Origin: Eledone cirrhosa
Taxonomy: Eukaryota
Direction: 5' to 3'
DNA: 64,000 nt
Assembly (NCBI GenBank): GCA_964016885.1
Contig: OZ024740.1
Coordinates: 243,350,001 to 243,414,000 of the forward strand
In this document: one piece after another, positions 10,454 to 24,360 of the stretch
Layout: every line of letters begins with the position of its first letter
How positions within the stretch are numbered: the first letter of the stretch is position 1
The notes under the pieces: generated by a model
Seen by the model: the letters and a program-made list of their open reading frames with translations, nothing else
Told to the model about the DNA's origin: nothing
The model's database searches: none
Program-made: the position numbers and the translations under genes

Positions 10454-13094
10454 CTGGAATATTTTAAATATTTTAAAGAACAATGACATAAAACTGCTGT
10501 GTAGCCAAGTGTTGACTACTAACCATATAGCATGAATTGAAACCATACTGTAATAGTTATTGTCTTGTACACCTCAGTCTGCCTGGTTGCTAATTGGTCC
10601 CACACATACTTCACAGCTGAAGACCATAAGAGCAGTAATAAACAATTGCTCTAATAATATATAAATAATCAATTTTGATAAACCTTTTCCAGCTTAGGTG
10701 GTAAATTGAATCATTAAAGCATAAAACAAAATGTCTTGTGGTATTTGTTCTGGCTTTCTGCAATCTGAATTAAGGGATGACAAAATAAAGTAACCAGTCC
10801 TCCATAGTGGTGTATTGATAGAATTGTTAAAGTATTGGATGAGGTGTGTTGCAGTATTTCTTAGGGCCCTTTACATTCTGAATTCAAATTCTGTTGAAGC
10901 CACCTTTGCCTTTCATCCATTAGGGGTCAATAAAGCAAAGTAACCAGTCAACAGTAGTGGATTGATAGTATTAAATGAGATGCTGCAGATTCTGAGTTCA
11001 AATCCCACTGTAGCTTACTTTGATAGTAGATTTAACCTAGTTTAAAAACCTCCACCCATACACTGGGTATCCTTAGCAAAGTCTCCTCTGTTGCAAACAT
11101 TTGGATTATTTTCCCCACCTTCCCACAAATATCAGAGACCCTGAAAAGGGGTTATGAACCCTGTCCTGTAAACTGAGTGTGGCATTGACAGGTTACAGTT
11201 AAGTAGAATGAGAAAGAATCATTGTAGTGTTGGACAAATTATCTCAGTTTAAATCTTGCCATGGTCACATTTGTTTTCATCCTTCTGGGTCAACAAAATA
11301 AAGTACTAGTTAAGTACTGGAAACAATTTAATTGACTGGGACTTGCACTCATGTTTAAAATTATTCTTTTATTTAGCAGCATTAAAATGTTGAATAAAAA
11401 GCCTTGCAGTATTTAACACTTAACTTCCTGTGTTACACAAAATCACATTAGCAATACATTCTTGAAAAGTACAAAACAGCACTATGACTGCACAACATTA
11501 AATATTAAATATTAACTCTAATACAATAAAATTTCACAACAATCTGTCCATTAGTATAGATAGTATAAATATTTAAATTAACAAAAATATTTTCTGCTAA
11601 ATCATTGCAAGATGTTAAGATTTAAATAGTGTCCTTCAAATTCTTAATTCAAATACCTATAATGGAAGAGCTAACGCAAGGACCACTACATGATCATTTG
11701 ATCTACTAGAAATGGCACTCAAATCTCCTTCACTTCACACCAAACCACCATCTTAAAAAAGGAAGGGCAATTATATAATGTTTTCCTAGATAATCTTAAA
11801 ACAAGATGGTCATGACAGGAATGTTTTTTAATCACAGGTTTGCTGATTCAGTTATAGCCTGGGGTTAAACATCAACAGCAACAACAACTTTAATAGTTCA
11901 TAGATATGTTAGTATTAATATATTTATTATATGGATCATTACAAAGTTAACTAGAATTAAATTTATAGTAAAATATGTTAGTATATGATGGACTCTCTTG
12001 CTGCAAATGGCAGATGAGGGTCTAGCAAGCAGTACACATTATGTGCACCCTTGAACCACATCCCTCCTCCTGAGATGCAATTTTAGGTCCGCACACAACC
12101 GACCATGATGTTCCTGTCTGCAGTTTCAAAATCTGCGAGCAGACTTAAACAAGTTGACCTCTATCCTTGATAATCCACAGTCTGTCCCTCCCATGATTCA
12201 ATATGTACACAACAACACATCATGTTGTTCCTTGGAAAATTTAGGAAGAAGTGATAAAAGCTGACTTAGCCCAATTAAACCTCACAAAGAAGATAACACA
12301 GGATGAAGGTCTCTGACATCATGCTGTTCTGCAGAAGACCTGCCTTCCCATGTGCTCAAAATGAAATGAAACAAAAATGTAGAGGTTACATTAGTCTGCA
12401 CTAATCTTCTCTTCACCTCTTTCCAATACCCTGCTCTCACCTGCTAAATATCTCATGCACCTAATCGTTGTCAAACTTGCTTACTTGTCCCCTCCTCCAA
12501 ACCCTCATCCCTGATACACCTTGCCTTCCCAACCTACACATAGAAGCACGAAAGCTGGACACGCTCAACATCTGATCTCCCACAATGCTGGTGCCATGAC
12601 AAAAAGCACAAAGTTCATCCGGTATGCTGATCTGGTGCCACAACAACAAAAGCCTCTAGGCCACACTGTAAAGTGGTTGGCGTTAAGAAGGGCATCCAGC
12701 TGCAGAAACCTAGCCAAAATTCAGATCCATATGAGCACAAAGTGGTCTCTGGAAGCTGATTTGGCTCATAACGTGATAATACTTCTACACCCATGTAAAC
12801 ATGGAAAATGGATGTTAAACGATGATGGTTATATTGTTTTGACTGCAATACAAGGTGGACTGGCTGCTTTTTCTCATGTCAACTTCATGACCACCTTACA
12901 GGATGGATTGGGTGCTTCTGCTGTTTTGGCAGCGGATCAGCATACAGGGTGAACTTTGTGCTTTTTGCCATGGTAATAGCACTGTGGGAGATCATATATA
13001 TTATTATCATTTTTATGTGGACTTTTCCTTGCATAGGTTGAACGGGAATTTTTGAGGCAATGTTTTACAACCAGGTATATATATATATATATGT

Positions 13095-13622
13095 TTCTTT
13101 ATTAGCCACAGGGGCACAAAAGAAGGGGAAAAATACAAAGGGGGAAGTTTACATACAATAAAAACGTGTAAAATATTATCACAAATGCAATTTAAAAAAT
13201 TGGTCGATTTTCCCCAATAGGGGGAGACAGTTCATATGGGTAACACATACCCCCGAAAAAATGTGCAACCCTCATCTCCAGGAGTACGTAGAATTTGTAC
13301 CCATTTCTTCTCTTCCTCTTTTTCCTCAACCTACAGGCTGATATAGAGAGAAGGCCCATTCACTCGGGCCATTCTCGCCACTTTCACCCACCTTTCATAA
13401 AACTTGCTGGGGTACAGCACCTCTCTCTCCATCCTGATTCTTCTTCCAAAGTGGTATTGGAAAAAAAGAATCAGTTGTTGGCCGGAGAGAAAGGTGTCTG
13501 ACCTCAGCCCTTTCAACCTTGTCCACCATACAACCTCTTTCGCCATAGCTATCACACAAAAGAAAACCGCCTCTCCTTCGTTTTTGAAGGAGGGTGGCGG
13601 TTTGATCATGACAATGGACATA
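13095..13622 (-). mobile_element. 3' fragment of a Tx1/L1-type LINE (same family as 53.1-57.7 kb)
   Basis: EGEAVFFCVIAMAKEVVWWTRLKGL...RWVKVARMARVNG resembles the 57140-57360 C-terminus; both 3' ends read CCC(C/T)TGTGGC(T/C)AATAAA. Confidence 0.82.
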
Positions 13623-13904
13623 ATATATATATAGATAGATAGATATTCCAGTGTCTCGTAAAAAGTAACTAAAAGAGTAGGTGTCAGGAAGGGCATCTGC
13701 TTGTAAAATATTGCCTCAAAAAGTCCAGTCCATGTAAGGAAAAGTTGACATAAAAATGATAATGATGAAGAGTATGTATGTGTATATATATATTAGTCAA
13801 TATCTAATATTTATATTAGCAAAAACCTATCAAGAGTTGCCTCCCATAGTTGCTGGAAAAATGAGAAAATAATCATTGATTATTTTCTTTTACGTTTTCC
13901 TCCT

Positions 13905-14485
13905 CTTTCTTCTTTTTTGCCCACTTATTCCTGAGAAGGTCGTGAGGGCACAGTCCTCAAACACTTCTTCCAGTGGGTCCTGTCAGAAGCAACCATCTCT
14001 AACTGATCCGGCTGGATCCTCAAGCGAAACCAGCCAAGCTCACAGAAGTTATCTAAACATCTTGCTTGGGGTCTACCCCTGGGTATCCTGCCAGTTGGTT
14101 TTGCCTGTAAAAGCTGTCCAGTGATTTTTTCTTGAGACATTCTAACCATATGCCCATAGTGTCAGAGCTGTGAAGTAGCGGCTCTACCTGGAGTGACTCT
14201 TTTTTCCCTGAGCTATGCACTCTATCGAGTAACATAACTTCAAAGACCCATTTTGGTCGCTTGTATTCTTTCGGTCATTACCCAAGATTCATGACCATAG
14301 GTAAGGGTTGTCACAAATAACGAATTGAAGATAGCAAGATTGGCTTTTACACCTACCTCCTTTCTTCTGATTACTGAATGCTGAAGCTGGCTCATTACTG
14401 CACCAGTTCCTGCAATTCTAGCACTTCATTCAGCCTCCTGCCTTCCATCACACGGCCCCGAGATACTTGAACTTCTCCACCTGCT
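13905..14485 (-). mobile_element. RTE-clade LINE 3' fragment
   Basis: MVRMSQEKITGQLLQAKPTGRIPRGRP...; reverse-complement homolog of 5548-6190. Confidence 0.8.
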
Positions 14486-15422
14486 TCTTCTTAATGTTTC
14501 TTGAAACACCACTACATTAAAAATATTAACACTAACTTTTGTACACTTTATAGGTTTGTAATGTTAGTGGTTTTTCATATATTGGAACATTAGGATCATT
14601 TTATGTTCATCTTCAACTGTGGATTGGGTTGGACAAGTCCTCATGTTCCAAGATAAGACATTGTTAGATACACACGTTATGCACATACATTATTGGCATG
14701 GTATCTATAGCTAGATATCAACCGTTTTGTTGTGGCAACAGCACTACTACTTTGCAGATTGTAGTGGTTGCATTTCATCATGACACCAGCACTAGAGAGA
14801 TATTGTCCTCTCTACCCTGTATTGTCTCTGTTCGATTGTCAACTACTTTACAGAGTGTAGTGGGTGTTTTTCAATTTCACACCAGCACCAGAGATATTGC
14901 CAGGTCCTTGATAAACCAAAGGATTCTCTCTACTTGATGTTGACACAGTTTGGTCATCAGTCAGTCCCATCCACTGCTGGCTAAGAATATGACTACTCCA
15001 CACTATGCAATCTCTCATCACATTTGTAAATGCATTTTTTTAGTACCAAGATAAGATGCACAAAATACACTCTGTGAAGTCATTGGTGTTACGTTAGGCA
15101 TCTAGCCATAGAAATCATACCAAAAATGGAATGTATGAATGTGTTTCTCTAGCCTGTCTAAGAGGTCAGTAATTCTAAATAAGAACTAACTTGGATTGCA
15201 ATGCCCTGTCCAACTAAATATATCTAGTCATAATTTTTTTGCCTGGTTTTCTATAATAACAAGGGCTGTATGGGTATTTTTAAGGCAGTTTTACAGCAGA
15301 ATGTTGATCCTGATGCTAACCATTATAGTCGTCTCTTACAACTCATAGGGGTGTGATGGATATATTCTAAAACATGAGGTACACACAGTTAAGGAACTTT
15401 TAAAAGATTCTGATGCACTGAC

Positions 15423-15566
15423 CTTGTTTATATATCTGTTTTCCATTATAGCTTAAGGCCACAGCAGCTCCTGGTATTCCTTGCTCATTCATAAAACTTA
15501 CAATGATATTATCAAATTGCTTCATATACATTAAGGGCTCTTCAGCTGGAGAAACTTCCAGAGCGT
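15423..15566 (-). CDS. Beta-lactamase-family serine hydrolase, coding exon 2
   Basis: tcctttctcAG|AC GCT...AAA CAA G|GTcagt; 144 bp, phase 1-1. Encodes ...KQFDNIIVSFMNEQGIPGAAVALSYNGKQIYKQ(G), the typical N-terminal IPG.AVA...G..Y..GYG motif. Confidence 0.9.
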
Positions 15567-17405
15567 CTGAGAAAGGAAGAGTTAACTTTCAGGTTAGTAG
15601 TCTACATACAGCTACTATGATGTTAGGGTCAGGTTAGTAGGATAGCTGGAAGGGAACAATTTTTGGGTGGGTGGCAATGTTCTGTGAGGGGAGGTGGTGG
15701 CAGTTTTGTATCATACAAAACTGACTAACCTGTCTTTAATAAGCATTGAAAAAGAATTTCTCACAACTGATGTAAAAAGTGAAGTAGTTCAGGTGTTTTG
15801 TGACAGGGGTATCATTTGGGGAAAAGAACTTAATAAATTTGATTGATTTATATTAAAATCGAATAAAGCGTTTATTTCATGTTTCATCTGTGTTTATATA
15901 TTCAAAATGTTTTCCTTTCTCAGTATATTAGCCCTTATACTTGAGTCTTTGGAGCATACAATCAAGATTTGCCCTGGGCATCACCAGAGCACTGCACGCC
16001 GCTGTTTGTATGTACGATTGATGTGTATCATGTTGTGCTTTTAGTTGGAGTAAACTCAAGGGCTAATCCATGTGGCACAAACTACAGTGGGTGAGAGTTA
16101 GGGTTATGGTTAACTAGCACTGATTATTCTTGAGTGAGGTCTAGTTCCTTCATAAAGCTCATCTTTAATGAGATAATGAGGTCCTCTGTGTTAATGGAAT
16201 GGTATCTCTTTAGTACCAGGATTTGAAAGTGCACAGAACCTATAGTGTCACAACTGTGCTAAGATAAATGAACGAATCTTTGATTTTACAAATTCATAAC
16301 TACATAATATACTCATCATCATCATTTAATGTCCACCGTCTATACTGGCATGGTCAGATGGTTTGTCATGGTCTGAGTTAGATCTTATTTGGTAGACGGG
16401 TTGGAGGACCATATTGTGTTTGTACATTCCAAATTTTAGTATGGATTCTGCAACTGGATACCTTTACTAACACTTTACAAAGTGTACTTGGTGCATTATA
16501 GTGGCACTAGTACTAGTGAGGCTGTCATGTTTTTGACAAAATTAAAGCAACTCTGTGTTTTCTCCATTCGACCATTAACCACACTACAGAGTGTACTGGG
16601 TACATTTTATTATGGTACCAGCACTTGAGTAGTTATCAAATCCTCAACAAAACTAAAGAATCCTCTCCACCTTACATTGTCTCCATTCAGTTGTCAACCA
16701 CTTTACAGGATGTATTGAGTGCTTTATATTAAATTGTTGTTTGTTTTAGTCTTGATGCTTAAAAGTTTGTTTTTTATATTGGTTTTTAGAAACTTCCAAA
16801 TTTTCAAATTTGAATATGAGTGAGGAATTCTCCATCCCTGCTCAGCATGGTTGTTTAAACTGTTAGAAATAGCTGCTAACTTCCTCTGAAAACCTCACAT
16901 TACCATCATAAATGGAAGAACACATTGATCAATGTGGTTCTGGATATATTGTCAGAAAATAAGATGAGGTGGTCATGACTGGAATGCTGTGATCACAGGT
17001 CTGCTTGAATAGAACTGATCTTGAGTTAAACAATAACAAACTTAACTTTGACATTGTTAGATAATGAGGGTGAGTTTTAATTTATTAAGTAAGTCTGGGG
17101 GAGAGATGAAGGAAGTAATGACCTTTACAGATCATTCCATGTTGGTGAGATAATGTTCAGTTTAAACAGCTGTAAGTTGATGTCTATGTGGAAAAACATG
17201 GAAAAGAGAGTTAGTAAATGGAAGCAGTGCAATACCCATATACTTTGCAGCTTCTCAGAGTGGTGAAATTTTATGGGTAAGTCAAGCTGTAAGTTTCATT
17301 TCATTATTAAATGAAATAAACTTACAGCCTGACATAACCATAAAAGAAAACAATACTTAGCTTCAGTTATTTATCATTGTAGGTACAATTCTAGTTAATT
17401 CTTAC

Positions 17406-17430
17406 CTTGATTTGAATTCTCAGATGCCAT
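17406..17430 (-). CDS. Putative first coding exon (MASENSNQ) of the beta-lactamase-family gene
   Basis: ATG GCA TCT GAG AAT TCA AAT CAA G|GTAAG: a strong donor in phase 1, matching exon 2, with an in-frame TAA immediately before the ATG. It is short, so less certain. Confidence 0.55.
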
Positions 17431-17637
17431 TTACAGATCTTCCTCATTCAGTTTCATCAAAGGTCCATTTCAAATAGACAGAATTGGTTGAGCAGCAGAG
17501 AAATGTTTGTGGTATTTAGTTACATCACTTTACATTCTGGTGTCAAATCATATCAAAGTCATTACACTTTCATTAAGTACCAGTAATGTACTGGGCATTT
17601 GCTGGCCTTGTGCCAAAAGTAGAAACAATTATTAGAG

Positions 17638-17827
17638 GGCGGTGGATTGGCAGTATCGGTAGAGGGTCGGACGCCATGCTTTCACGCATAGAGTTACAGC
17701 CCTTGCCATTCTGATTTCAAATCCCTCCGAGGTTAACTTTGCCTTTCATCTGTATGGGGTCGATAAAATAAAGTACCAGTAATGCACTGGGTATTGCTGG
17801 CCTTGTGCCAAAAGTAGAAACAATTAT
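17638..17827 (+). mobile_element. SINE family A full copy, within a cluster of partial copies (17575-17950)
   Basis: GGCGGTGGATTGGCAGTATCGGTAGAG...TTCAAATCCC...CCTTGTGCCAAAAGTAGAAACAATT; very similar to 1076-1266. Confidence 0.8.
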
Positions 17828-18819
17828 TTGAGGGTTGATAAGTGTAGCGGATTGGCAGAATTGTTAGTGTGTCAGTATTTGTTTCATATCGCGTTGAGGT
17901 CAACTTAGTCTTTCATCCTACCAGAGTCGATAAAATAAAGTAGTAAAGTACTGAGGACAATATAATCAACTTACCCAGCCCTGCCCGACAAAAAAAAAAA
18001 AGAATTCTATCTTTCTGCCTATATTAGAGACCAAAGTAAATTAAAATAAATTATCACCTCCGTTACTGTATTTTCTTTGTCCTAAATTAGCTGGTATAGT
18101 AGCCTCATAGTTTTACTACTTTGACCCACCTGATTTTAGCAGAAGTTTTATGAAAAGGGCCATATGTTTAGGAATACCAACACTTCCTTTGGTCTAAAAT
18201 GAGTACCCTGGAGAGAGATGTGTGGTCATTGCACAAGTCAAACGTATAATATAGAGAGATGAGGTTCATTGTTTAGTAAGTAGTGTTTCATTGGTTAGTA
18301 GCATTGAGTCTCCCAGCTTCCAATGGACAAGGCTCTAGTATGAAGAGGCTATACTTCCCATCTCCAGAAAAAATCTAAATGTTCTATAATAGATCTATTA
18401 TTTCTCAAGTGTCGCAATCGGTTTATTTATTTGGTACTCAATACGGCATACATTACTGTTGTACAGACTCAGATCAGCCCAGAATTAGCCATGATCAAAG
18501 GCATTCCAGCCATGGCTGGCTCATCTTTTATTTAGACATAGTATATAGGAGAGTACGATCGTTATACAATGTGTCATTCTTCTCTAAGGATATAATATAA
18601 GGTATATTTTTAACTGCTATTTCTAGCAAGTTGAGTGACATCGTAGAACACTATTCCCTTTAACAGAAGGTCATGGAAGCTGATAAATACACATAATCCA
18701 TTGAAAAATCAATCAGAAAATATGCATCGAACTATGACAATTACGTCGAAGTTCTATCGTCAGGTTGGTCATCAATTGATCTTACATTATATAAATCTGA
18801 ACTGTTTACATACATACAC

Positions 18820-18885
<66 letters not shown>

Positions 18886-19559
18886 GGAAAGCTTGGAAAT
18901 ATTAGCCCCAAAATATATCTAATTCAATCTTACCCCTCCAAATTACGGCAACTTTGCATTGTTTTCATTAGATCAACGTAAAATTCCTCCTGTGGATATC
19001 ATATGACACAGGAACAATGATATAACATTGTTACATAAATATATATGCATATACATATATATCTGAAATATAAATCAACTTATTTACATGGAAATCGATC
19101 TGAAAAATACTTTGTAAAGAAAGTTGTTCAAAGACGGAATTCGGCAAATGTCTGTTGATAAACAACGACTTGCTAAAGAAAACAGAGTTATGTCCCTTTT
19201 TGCTTTATCTCGGTCTTAAGTTTGACTGGTGTTGTATTTTACCGACCTAACCCTCAAGGAAAGTTGACTGCTGGATTTGAACTCAGAACGTAAATGGTCG
19301 CAACTAAACACCAGAAGCACTTTATTCTATGCTCTAACAATTTTACTAATCCATCGTATTGTATGCAGAGTAGAGTACACGAAGTACAGAAGTGGGTCTG
19401 TTACTCTGGAGTATAATTATAATCATGAAGTACAAGTCAACGGGTTATAATTCAATTTGTTTGTCCATAATTGCTCTTATATGTATTTCAGTGATAACCG
19501 TTATGTAACATTTATGACTTCATCAGACAGCTAGAAGTTGAACAGAAAAAAAAACAAAG

Positions 19560-19603
<44 letters not shown>

Positions 19604-19675
19604 GTATGTATATGTATATACATCCAATTCCATCCCACTCGTCCTCTCAATCTACCTTATTTGTCATTCTTTCTT

Positions 19676-19703
19676 CTGATGAAGGACTAGCGTCCGAAAC
19701 GTT
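19676..19703 (+). ncRNA. Minimal hammerhead-ribozyme core motif (Penelope-like remnant)
   Basis: CTGATGA-A-GGAC(TAGC)GTCC-GAAAC-GTT. Stem II is perfect; stem I is not evident. Confidence 0.55.
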
Positions 19704-19750
19704 CCTCTTTCTGCTATATCAAACGTTAACCTAATATATCCCTTCCATAT

Positions 19751-19988
19751 TGTTACACGTCCATACCTATGTGTATGCGTAGATATACATAACAATGAAT
19801 ACATCCCCACTATTAGTACTATTTTGTTAAGCGCACCTAGGTAAACAGTAGGAACTGTGTCTAAGGCGGATACGCACACTATGTATCAATCCGCTAAAAA
19901 CATGCCAAGTAAATAAACACGTAGAATCATGCCAACACCTTCAGTGAGTTGTTTATTATCCCAGCACGAACCACAAGAATACATAACA
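19751..19988 (+). repeat. 5' LTR (238 bp)
   Basis: TGTTACACG...ACATAACA; contains AATAAA; about 8 substitutions and 1 indel versus the 3' LTR by eye. Confidence 0.95.
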
Positions 19989-20111
19989 TGGTGGCAGCGA
20001 TAAATACTTAATCGAAAACCGTGCCTTTACAACAAAACAGGAACACAACAAACCTGAAATTTAACAAACTGAATATCACTTCGTCTTCGTACACACACAC
20101 GAGAATCCAAA

Positions 20112-23100
20112 ATGGCGGCCCCCATCGCCGTACAGATGAATCTACATCCGACCATGAACTGGGACGCCGATGATATCGTGGAAGCGTTCAAGAAATTCAA
20201 ACAGAAAACTCAATTGGCTTTCAAAAGCTTCCTGAAAGGTACAACTGCCGATGAAAGGGTAAGCTACATCCTTTTATGGACGGGAGAGAAGGGCCTAGAC
20301 CTATTCAATAGTTGGGACATGTCAGAATCGGATTGCAATAATCCAGACACACTGTTAGAGAAATTTGAAAGGCACCTAGAGCCCAGATCAAACCATAGAA
20401 TTCATAGGTACGAATTCCAGGGCCTGACACAAGACCCACAAGAAACAATCGACAACTTCCTGTCCAGACTAAAGAATGTTGCTGAGAAATGCAGATTCAA
20501 AGACAAGGACAAAAGGATTGTTGATCAACTCATATGGGAGTGTGCTCACAAAGAAGTCCAGAAATCCCTCATAGGTAAGGACGCTCTCCAGTTGATAGAG
20601 GCAGTAGACACTGCAAGAGCATTCGAAGCCACTACCAAACAAATGGCCTCACTTACTTTACAAACAAACACAATAGGCAGCAGTGTAGATATTGTATCCA
20701 GACATAGAACGAAACATACCCACAAACAGAGAACATGCCAGTACTGCGGTACAGAGCATGAGTTCAATGACCGGAGGAAATGTCCTGCATTCGGTACACA
20801 CTGCAAAGCATGTGGAAAGCCCAACCACTGGGGAAAAATGTGTAGACTAACAAAATCTCACAAATACAAGCCCTAGTTTCCAAAGAGGAGCGGAAAGAGA
20901 AGACAAAGAGACATACATGCCCAACAACAGGAAGAAAACACCTCAGAGGAGGAATCCTTGGCAGTCGGCACAATAAATGTACATGAGATGGGAAATGACA
21001 ACCAGAAAAAAAATGAAGCATACACAACAATACAAATCCAAAAGACGTCAGGCAAGAAACGAATAAACATTGACTTAAAGCTAAAGATTGACACTGGAGC
21101 CCAGAGTGATATCTTGCCTGTCAACCTCTACAAAAAGATGTTCCCAGAACACATGACACAAGAGGATAAAGTCAAAGAAGGAATCCTCACACCAAGTGAT
21201 GTAATCCTCACTGCATACGGAGGTACCAAGATTCCACAACTGGGCAAAACAACCATTACAGGGACACACAAAGGAAAAATAATCAAGTGTTCTTTTTATG
21301 TCACAAGAACAGAAGGACCTGCAATTCTTGGACTTAATACCTGTCAAAGGCTTAATATTGTGTCAATCAACGGGGAAGTGAAGGCAGCTCCAAGCAGGAT
21401 TGATAGAGATATGCCTATCGAAGACCGACCACCAATCACAAATAAAGAAAAACTGATAAGCATGTACCCAGAATGCTTTGACGATACAGTCGGGTGTTTT
21501 GAGAAATGTCGATACCATATAACAGTCGACCCCAATGCCAAACCAATTGTTCACCCACCTCGCCGCGTTCCGCTGGAATTAAAAGAGAAGCTGAAAGCAG
21601 AGTTAGACAGAATGGAGAAGAAGGAAATAATCACCAAAGTGACACGACCAACTGACTGGGTGAATTCAATTGTAATCAAAGAAAAAGCCAATGGTACCTT
21701 ACGAATATGCCTCGACCCAAGAGATCTGAACATGGCATTAAAACGAGATTACTACCCAATTCCAACCCTTGAAGAAATCACACCATCATTAGCTGGATCC
21801 AAGATATTCAGCAAACTGGATGCCAGTAATGGGTACTGGAATGTAAAGATAGACAAAGAATCATCGATGCTAACTACCTTCAACACACCATTTGGCAGAT
21901 ACCGATTCAACCGACTCCCATTTGGATTGAAGGTGAGCCAAGATGTTTTCCAGCGCCAAATAGATGAGGCCTACCAAGGCTGCAAGGGAGCAATTGGGAT
22001 AGCAGACGATATCCAAGTGCATGGCAAGGATGAGATCACACATGACTTCAATTTACATGAAGCTATGGAGAAAACCTGACAAGCAGGTATCAAACTCAAT
22101 GTAGACAAGTGTGTGATCAAAGCAAAAGAGTGCAAATTTTTTGGAATGATATACTCTGCAGAGGGAGTGAAACCAGACCCCGCTAAAGTGGAAGCCATCA
22201 GTGACATCAGAGAACCCAAAGATAAGAAGGAACTCAGAAGCTTCCTGGGACTCATCCACTATATGGGAGCCTTCATACCTAAGCTGGCCAATCACACTGC
22301 AAACCTCCGAGAGCTAATGAAAGATCACATAGAGTTTGATTGGTGTGCTTCACACACACAAGATTTCAATGCAATAAAAAATCTCATTAGTAAGGAGACA
22401 ACTCTGCAGTACTATGATAGATGCAAACCAGTAACACTCCAAGTTGATGCTTCTATGAGAGGAGTTAGCGCAGCATTGATACAAGAAAGTAAACCTATTG
22501 CATATGCCTCGAAAGCTCTCTCACCCACAGAGACAAGGTATGCAAACATTGAAAGGGAACTCCTGGCAGTAGTATATGGCTGTGAAAAGTTTCACACATA
22601 CCTGTATGGCAGATATTTCAATATTGAGTCAGACCATCGCCCGCTAGAACAAATATACAAAAAAAAACTCACAAAAGCACCAGCCAGACTGCAAAGGTTA
22701 CTGTTGAGGCTCCAAAAATATGACTACAATATCAGGTACAAGCCAGGAAAGGACCTGATATTGGCGGCTGCTCTTTCCAGACTATCCTCACATGATAAAC
22801 AGGAAATGGAAGGACTAAGTGTAAAGGTCCACCACATTGTAAATGTTACAAACACAAAGCTGGAACAAATCAAAGAGGAGACCAGCAAAGATGAAGAACT
22901 CCAGCTCCTTACTCAGGTGGTGATTCAGGGGTGGCCAGAGAAGAGACATCAGGTGCAGCCTCTCATTCGTGAATATTGGGCCATCCATGATGACATATCA
23001 GTGGAGAATGGAATCCTGATGGCTGGATCCCGAATAATTATGCCCAAATCAATGCAAAAAGAGATTCTTGTCAAGATCCACCAAGGACATCTGGGAATGG

Positions 23101-24161
23101 AAAAATGCAAACTCCGAGCCAAGTCAGCTGTATATTGGATAGGCATGTACAAAGACATAGAGAAGATGGTTTCTACTTGCCACATCTGTCAAAAGTACAG
23201 AAACTCACAACAAAAGGAGGAAATGATATCCAGTGACATTCCAAGAAGGCCATGGCAAACTATTGGAGTAGATCTGTTCACAGAGAACCAAGAATGGTAC
23301 TTGATTATGGTCTGCTACTACTCCAAATTCCCATTTGTGAGAAAAGTGAAAGACCTGAGGGCCAAAACAATAACTACAGTGGCTCGAGGACTCCTAGCAG
23401 AGCAAGGAATACCAGAGCAGATCATATGTGACAATGGAACCCAGTTCACATCTCAGGAATTCAAAAAGCTAGCCGATGAGTATGGGTTCAACATTGTAAC
23501 CTCATCTCCACACTACCCCAAAGGCCATGGATTCATAGAAAGACAGGTGCAGACAGTCAAGAGAACACTAGTCAAATGCCGAGAAACTAAGGAAGACCCA
23601 CACCTGGCACTTCTGTCCTTACGAGTGACACCACTGAGGACTGACATGAAATCCCCAGCAGAAATGCTGAATGGCAGGAAATACAAAACCACCCTGCCAA
23701 CTAAGATCCAACCTCCTATTGACCAGGAAGGGACAAAGGCAAAGCTAGCAGCCACTCAAGAACAAGCACAGAAATATTACAACAAACATGCACAATACTT
23801 ACCTGAGATACTTGGAGGACAGCATGTGCATACACAAGATCCTATAACCAAAACATGGATCCCAGCACAAGTTGTCAGTAGAGCCGAAACTCCAAGATCA
23901 TATATTATAGAAACTGAATCTGGTAGGCAGCTGAGACGTAACAGGGCCCACATCCGCCCAACACCAAAGCTATCGAGGATAACATGCGCAACACCCACAG
24001 CAGATGACGACACACACAGAATCCGTGCTTCCACAGAATCATCACCCCAACGGGCACCAACCACCTATCAGCAGCCCAACAACACACCTCAGACACCAGT
24101 GCAGGGCACAAGATCCACCAGATGGAGACCGAACATTTTACCACCGATTCGATACCGTTAA
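20112..24161 (+). pseudogene. Gypsy gag-pol, single reading frame broken by two in-frame stops (TAG 20874-20876, TGA 22077-22079)
   Basis: ORFs 20112, 20958 and 22113 share one frame. Gag zinc knuckles (CQYCGTEH..C, CKACGKPNH..C); protease DTGAQ; RT (LDA..GYW, PFGL, IADD); RNase H (VDAS, ERELLA, DHRPL); integrase HHCC plus D-D-E. Confidence 0.93.
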
Positions 24162-24360
24162 AAGAAAAAAAAAAATTTAAAAAAAACCAACTATTTCTGC
24201 TAGATTAGGAAGTAGAAAACCACGTGTGTGGGCAGAATAATCTCACGGTTTCTGCTGCAGGATTGCCACCCTTGCGCTGACAATCCATTAGTGTAAGGGA
24301 GATTACTTCTATTTTTTTTTCATTGCCAAAAGATCCTTTTTTTTTTTCAAGAAGAAGGGA

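Noticed and set aside
17123-17183. Candidate extra exon (cacatAG...AAAG|GTcatt) between coding exons 1 and 2
   Set aside because: In the required phase it contains a TAA stop, and the donor is weak.
1-17430. Beta-lactamase-like sequence as bacterial contamination or a resistance gene
   Set aside because: It is split by five spliceosomal introns filled with host repeats, so it is a genuine nuclear gene; antibiotic hydrolysis is not implied by the fold.
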